DNA of 64,000 nucleotides from Entomortierella parvispora E1425 (Eukaryota; Fungi; Mortierellomycota): NCBI GenBank assembly GCA_020891255.1, contig BQFW01000006.1, positions 2,108,001 to 2,172,000 of the forward strand, read 5' to 3'. Shown piece by piece: positions 61,421 to 64,000 of this stretch (position 1 is its first letter; each line of letters starts with the position of its first letter). The notes under the pieces were generated by a model. It saw only the letters and a program-made list of their open reading frames with translations, ran no database searches and was not told where the DNA came from. The position numbers and the translations under genes were made by a program.

Positions 61421-62241
61421 CTCTCTAAATTTTTTTCACGATCGAACATGGAATTAGCTTGGGCAGGAGGGGAATCAAGGTCAGGCACAGCAGGAACGCG
61501 TCGGTGCAGGGTCAAGGAATGGGGCCTGTCTTTGCACGGCCAAGGAGCCTTGGCAATATTAGGGTAGGGAAAGACGAAACGGTGAGCGCAGAATATTTCC
61601 CTACCAAGGATTAGATCTGTGTTTGGACAGAGAGAATGGGAGGAGGCAAGGAATGAAAGACTGAAAGAATGGGTGGAAAAAAAGACCAAATAGAAAATTC
61701 TTTCAATCGCGTGATGGGACAGGACAGGGCGGAAAGCAGGACTGAGTGTCGACAATGAGCAGACAGTAAGTGCAGGGAAGAGGAGGAGAAGGTCAAGAGA
61801 AGGAAAAGAGGAAGGAAAAGGGAGAGAAAACGAAAAAGGAAGAAAGAAGGAACAAGCACATGGGCACCATGGGCCAGCACACCAACCTCCCCCGCTCACT
61901 CGCTCTGTCTCTGACTGGCAAGGGCAGTGCGCCGGAAATGGCGATTCCAGTGAGTCGGGCTGGGAATCAAAACATCGGTCCCGTATGTGTACGTAAATTG
62001 CACGTGGTGATTTCCTTCACTCCTCTTTCACTCCCTTGGGTCCCCTGAACAAACGTCGATAGTCGACTGAGTGAATGAATGCTTTTTTATAATGTTGTTG
62101 TTGATGATGATAATAACAATGGATGCATGTGGTGGGGTAATGGTAGTGGTGGTAGTGATAGCAGATGTAGTAGTAAACCGCTCGTTGGGCTGGCAGAATA
62201 CAACATCCTCCAAAGTCGGTCTACACCTGGCTTCTTCCTCC

Positions 62242-64000
62242 TCAGTTGAACTTGACACTGCGAGCAAGACCAGTCTTGATACCAGTCTTCTCTCCTCCGT
62301 ATGAGCCCTCCAGGCGAGTGAACACGCGCTTGACAGACTTGATCTTCTTCTTGGCCTGCTCGTACTTGTTTCTGTGCTTGACTCTGGGGTTGCGCTGCTC
62401 CTTCTTGCGGTGAGGCGTAAGACCCTTGTTCTTGAGAATCTGCCACGAGATCGAACGCTTGTCGTTGGGATCCAGACTGGTATCTTCGAAGGATGTGCTA
62501 AAAGAGTGAACATGAAAGGGTTAGCCATAGTGCTACATGTACAACCAGCATCCATTTCGACCGAGAAAAAAAAAAAAAAAAAAAGCTGCAACTGCTCCTC
62601 GTACCTGTGCTCCAAATTCTCGTTCAAGGCCTTGCGGGCGGCCTTCTTGGCCTCCTTGGAACGGACAACCTCTTGGTAAAAGTCCTCACCGTCAGAGTCT
62701 CCGCCACGTCCACCACGGCCCTCGTCACCACTAAACACATCATCATCAACACCGCGGGCATCAGCCTTATCCTTGGCAGACCACTCCAGATCATCCAGGT
62801 CAGCATTCTCTGGGGCAGGAGCACTCTTGACGGCCTGTCTCTTCATCTGCTCCTGACGATCCTTGAATCTCTCACGGTAAGGGATATCTGTATCTCCTGA
62901 TCCACGCAAGATCTTGGACCGCTTGTTGGCGCTCTGATCCAGCTTGGCGACATAGTCACGGAGTGATTTCTTCTTCTGCACCTTGTCCTCCAGGTCAACA
63001 TCCAAAAGCTCGTCCAGATCACCATAGTCACTTTCCAGTCTGGCGCGCTTCTTGTCTGATATTGACTTTCCGTTCTTCTTGGCCTTCTTGTGTGAAACAA
63101 ACTCGTCCTCTAATTCGACATTATACTCGAACTCCTTCTTGGAATCTGTCTTCTTCTTCTCGGCACCTTCCTTCTTACTCTTCTTAGCCTTGGCCGCCTT
63201 CTTGGCCTTGGCCTCCTCCTCCAACAAACGCTGCATCTCCTCCTCGTCAATCTCTTCTTCATCCTCCTCGTCCTCATCAGACTCGGCACCATTCTCCAGG
63301 ATATCCAAAAGATCCTCCATGCTCTCGCGGATGTTCTTCTTTTCTTCCAACTTTTCGAGCTTTCCAATGGACGTCTTCAACTCCAGCATGGCGTCGATGA
63401 CGGGGTGATCTCTAAGGTCGTTGGCGCTGGTATCTGGCGACGTCTTGAGGGTGATATAAAATGCAATGTTGGTCAAGTAGTTGATCAACGTTTGATACTT
63501 CAAACGCAAGAAAGGCATAGGTGCCATCGTCTCGGGAAGGGGCTTTGGCATAGCGCTGACCATCTCGAGGACCTCGGCCACAGCCTGGAGTTGCTCAGTC
63601 TTCTCCTTGAACTCTTCCACCAACTCGAGCAATTCGGGACTCTGGTTCTGCAACACCTTCAAGATCTCCTGCTTGGACAATTTGCTGATGCCAGCCTTGG
63701 CAATTTTCTCGACAACAACGCCACCGCTCTGGGCCTTCAACAAATCAATTCCCTGGAGTTCTCTGTCGAAACCCTCAACTAGGGCGCGGTCAGCATCCTT
63801 GTCACCGAGAGTGCCTCGTCCTGCAGCAGCGCCCCATGCAGTCTCTTCCTCTTCAGGGGCAAAATCTTCCTCGGACATTTCTGCAATACGCTTCTTTTGC
63901 AGTCTCAGAGCTTCCTCTTCCTCAGCCTTGGCAGTCTCCTCGTCCGACTCGATTTCGTCCGCATTATAGTAACTGCGCTTGCTCTTTCCCCAAGATGCCT
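62242..64000 (-). CDS. SAS10: SSU processome subunit Sas10/Utp3; 5' end lies outside the window
   Basis: ELLELVEEFK; KYQTLINYLTNIAFY...LRDHPVI; C-terminal RSISWQILKNKGLTPHRKKEQRNPRVKHRNKYEQAKKK...TGIKTGLARSVKFN-TGA. Confidence 0.95.

Noticed and set aside
1-64000. tRNA, rRNA and spliceosomal snRNA genes
   Set aside because: The GTTCGA matches I checked lie in coding regions or lack a cloverleaf, and no rRNA or snRNA signature was recognised by eye. A tRNAscan-SE/Infernal run would be decisive.

Overview
Eukaryotic (fungal) genomic DNA. Intron style, gene content and an intronless F-box/LRR gene suggest an early-diverging Mucoromycota fungus, probably Mortierellaceae; this is inference, not a database result. 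About 20 protein-coding genes, mostly spliced, can be reconstructed. Housekeeping genes: vezatin-like (partial), PAF1, EGT2-like PLP lyase, SYLF/Ysc84, a PQ-loop protein, WDR48, a DHHC palmitoyltransferase, TAD1/ADAT1, PRP40, ATP4, RSM23/DAP3, a SAM methyltransferase, an F-box protein, DNM1 and SAS10 (partial). Two gene-poor accessory intervals (about 6.4-11.6 kb and 36.7-43.6 kb) each hold one copy of a 1.4-kb repeat, in opposite orientations. The most notable items are: (1) a ~962-aa single-pass receptor-like protein with signal peptide, beta-rich ectodomain, TM helix and a pseudokinase domain; (2) a secreted 10-Cys WAP-type peptide whose cysteine framework resembles spider-venom WAP peptides; (3) a ~1870-aa protein combining a MIT domain, a Q/N-rich region, repeated aromatic-basic motifs and two DM14-like hairpins; (4) an intronless divergent pair of an isochorismatase-fold protein lacking the catalytic Lys and Cys and an atypical SDR. 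No tRNA, rRNA or CRISPR array was recognised. All exon boundaries were derived by hand, and family assignments come from recalled motifs rather than searches.
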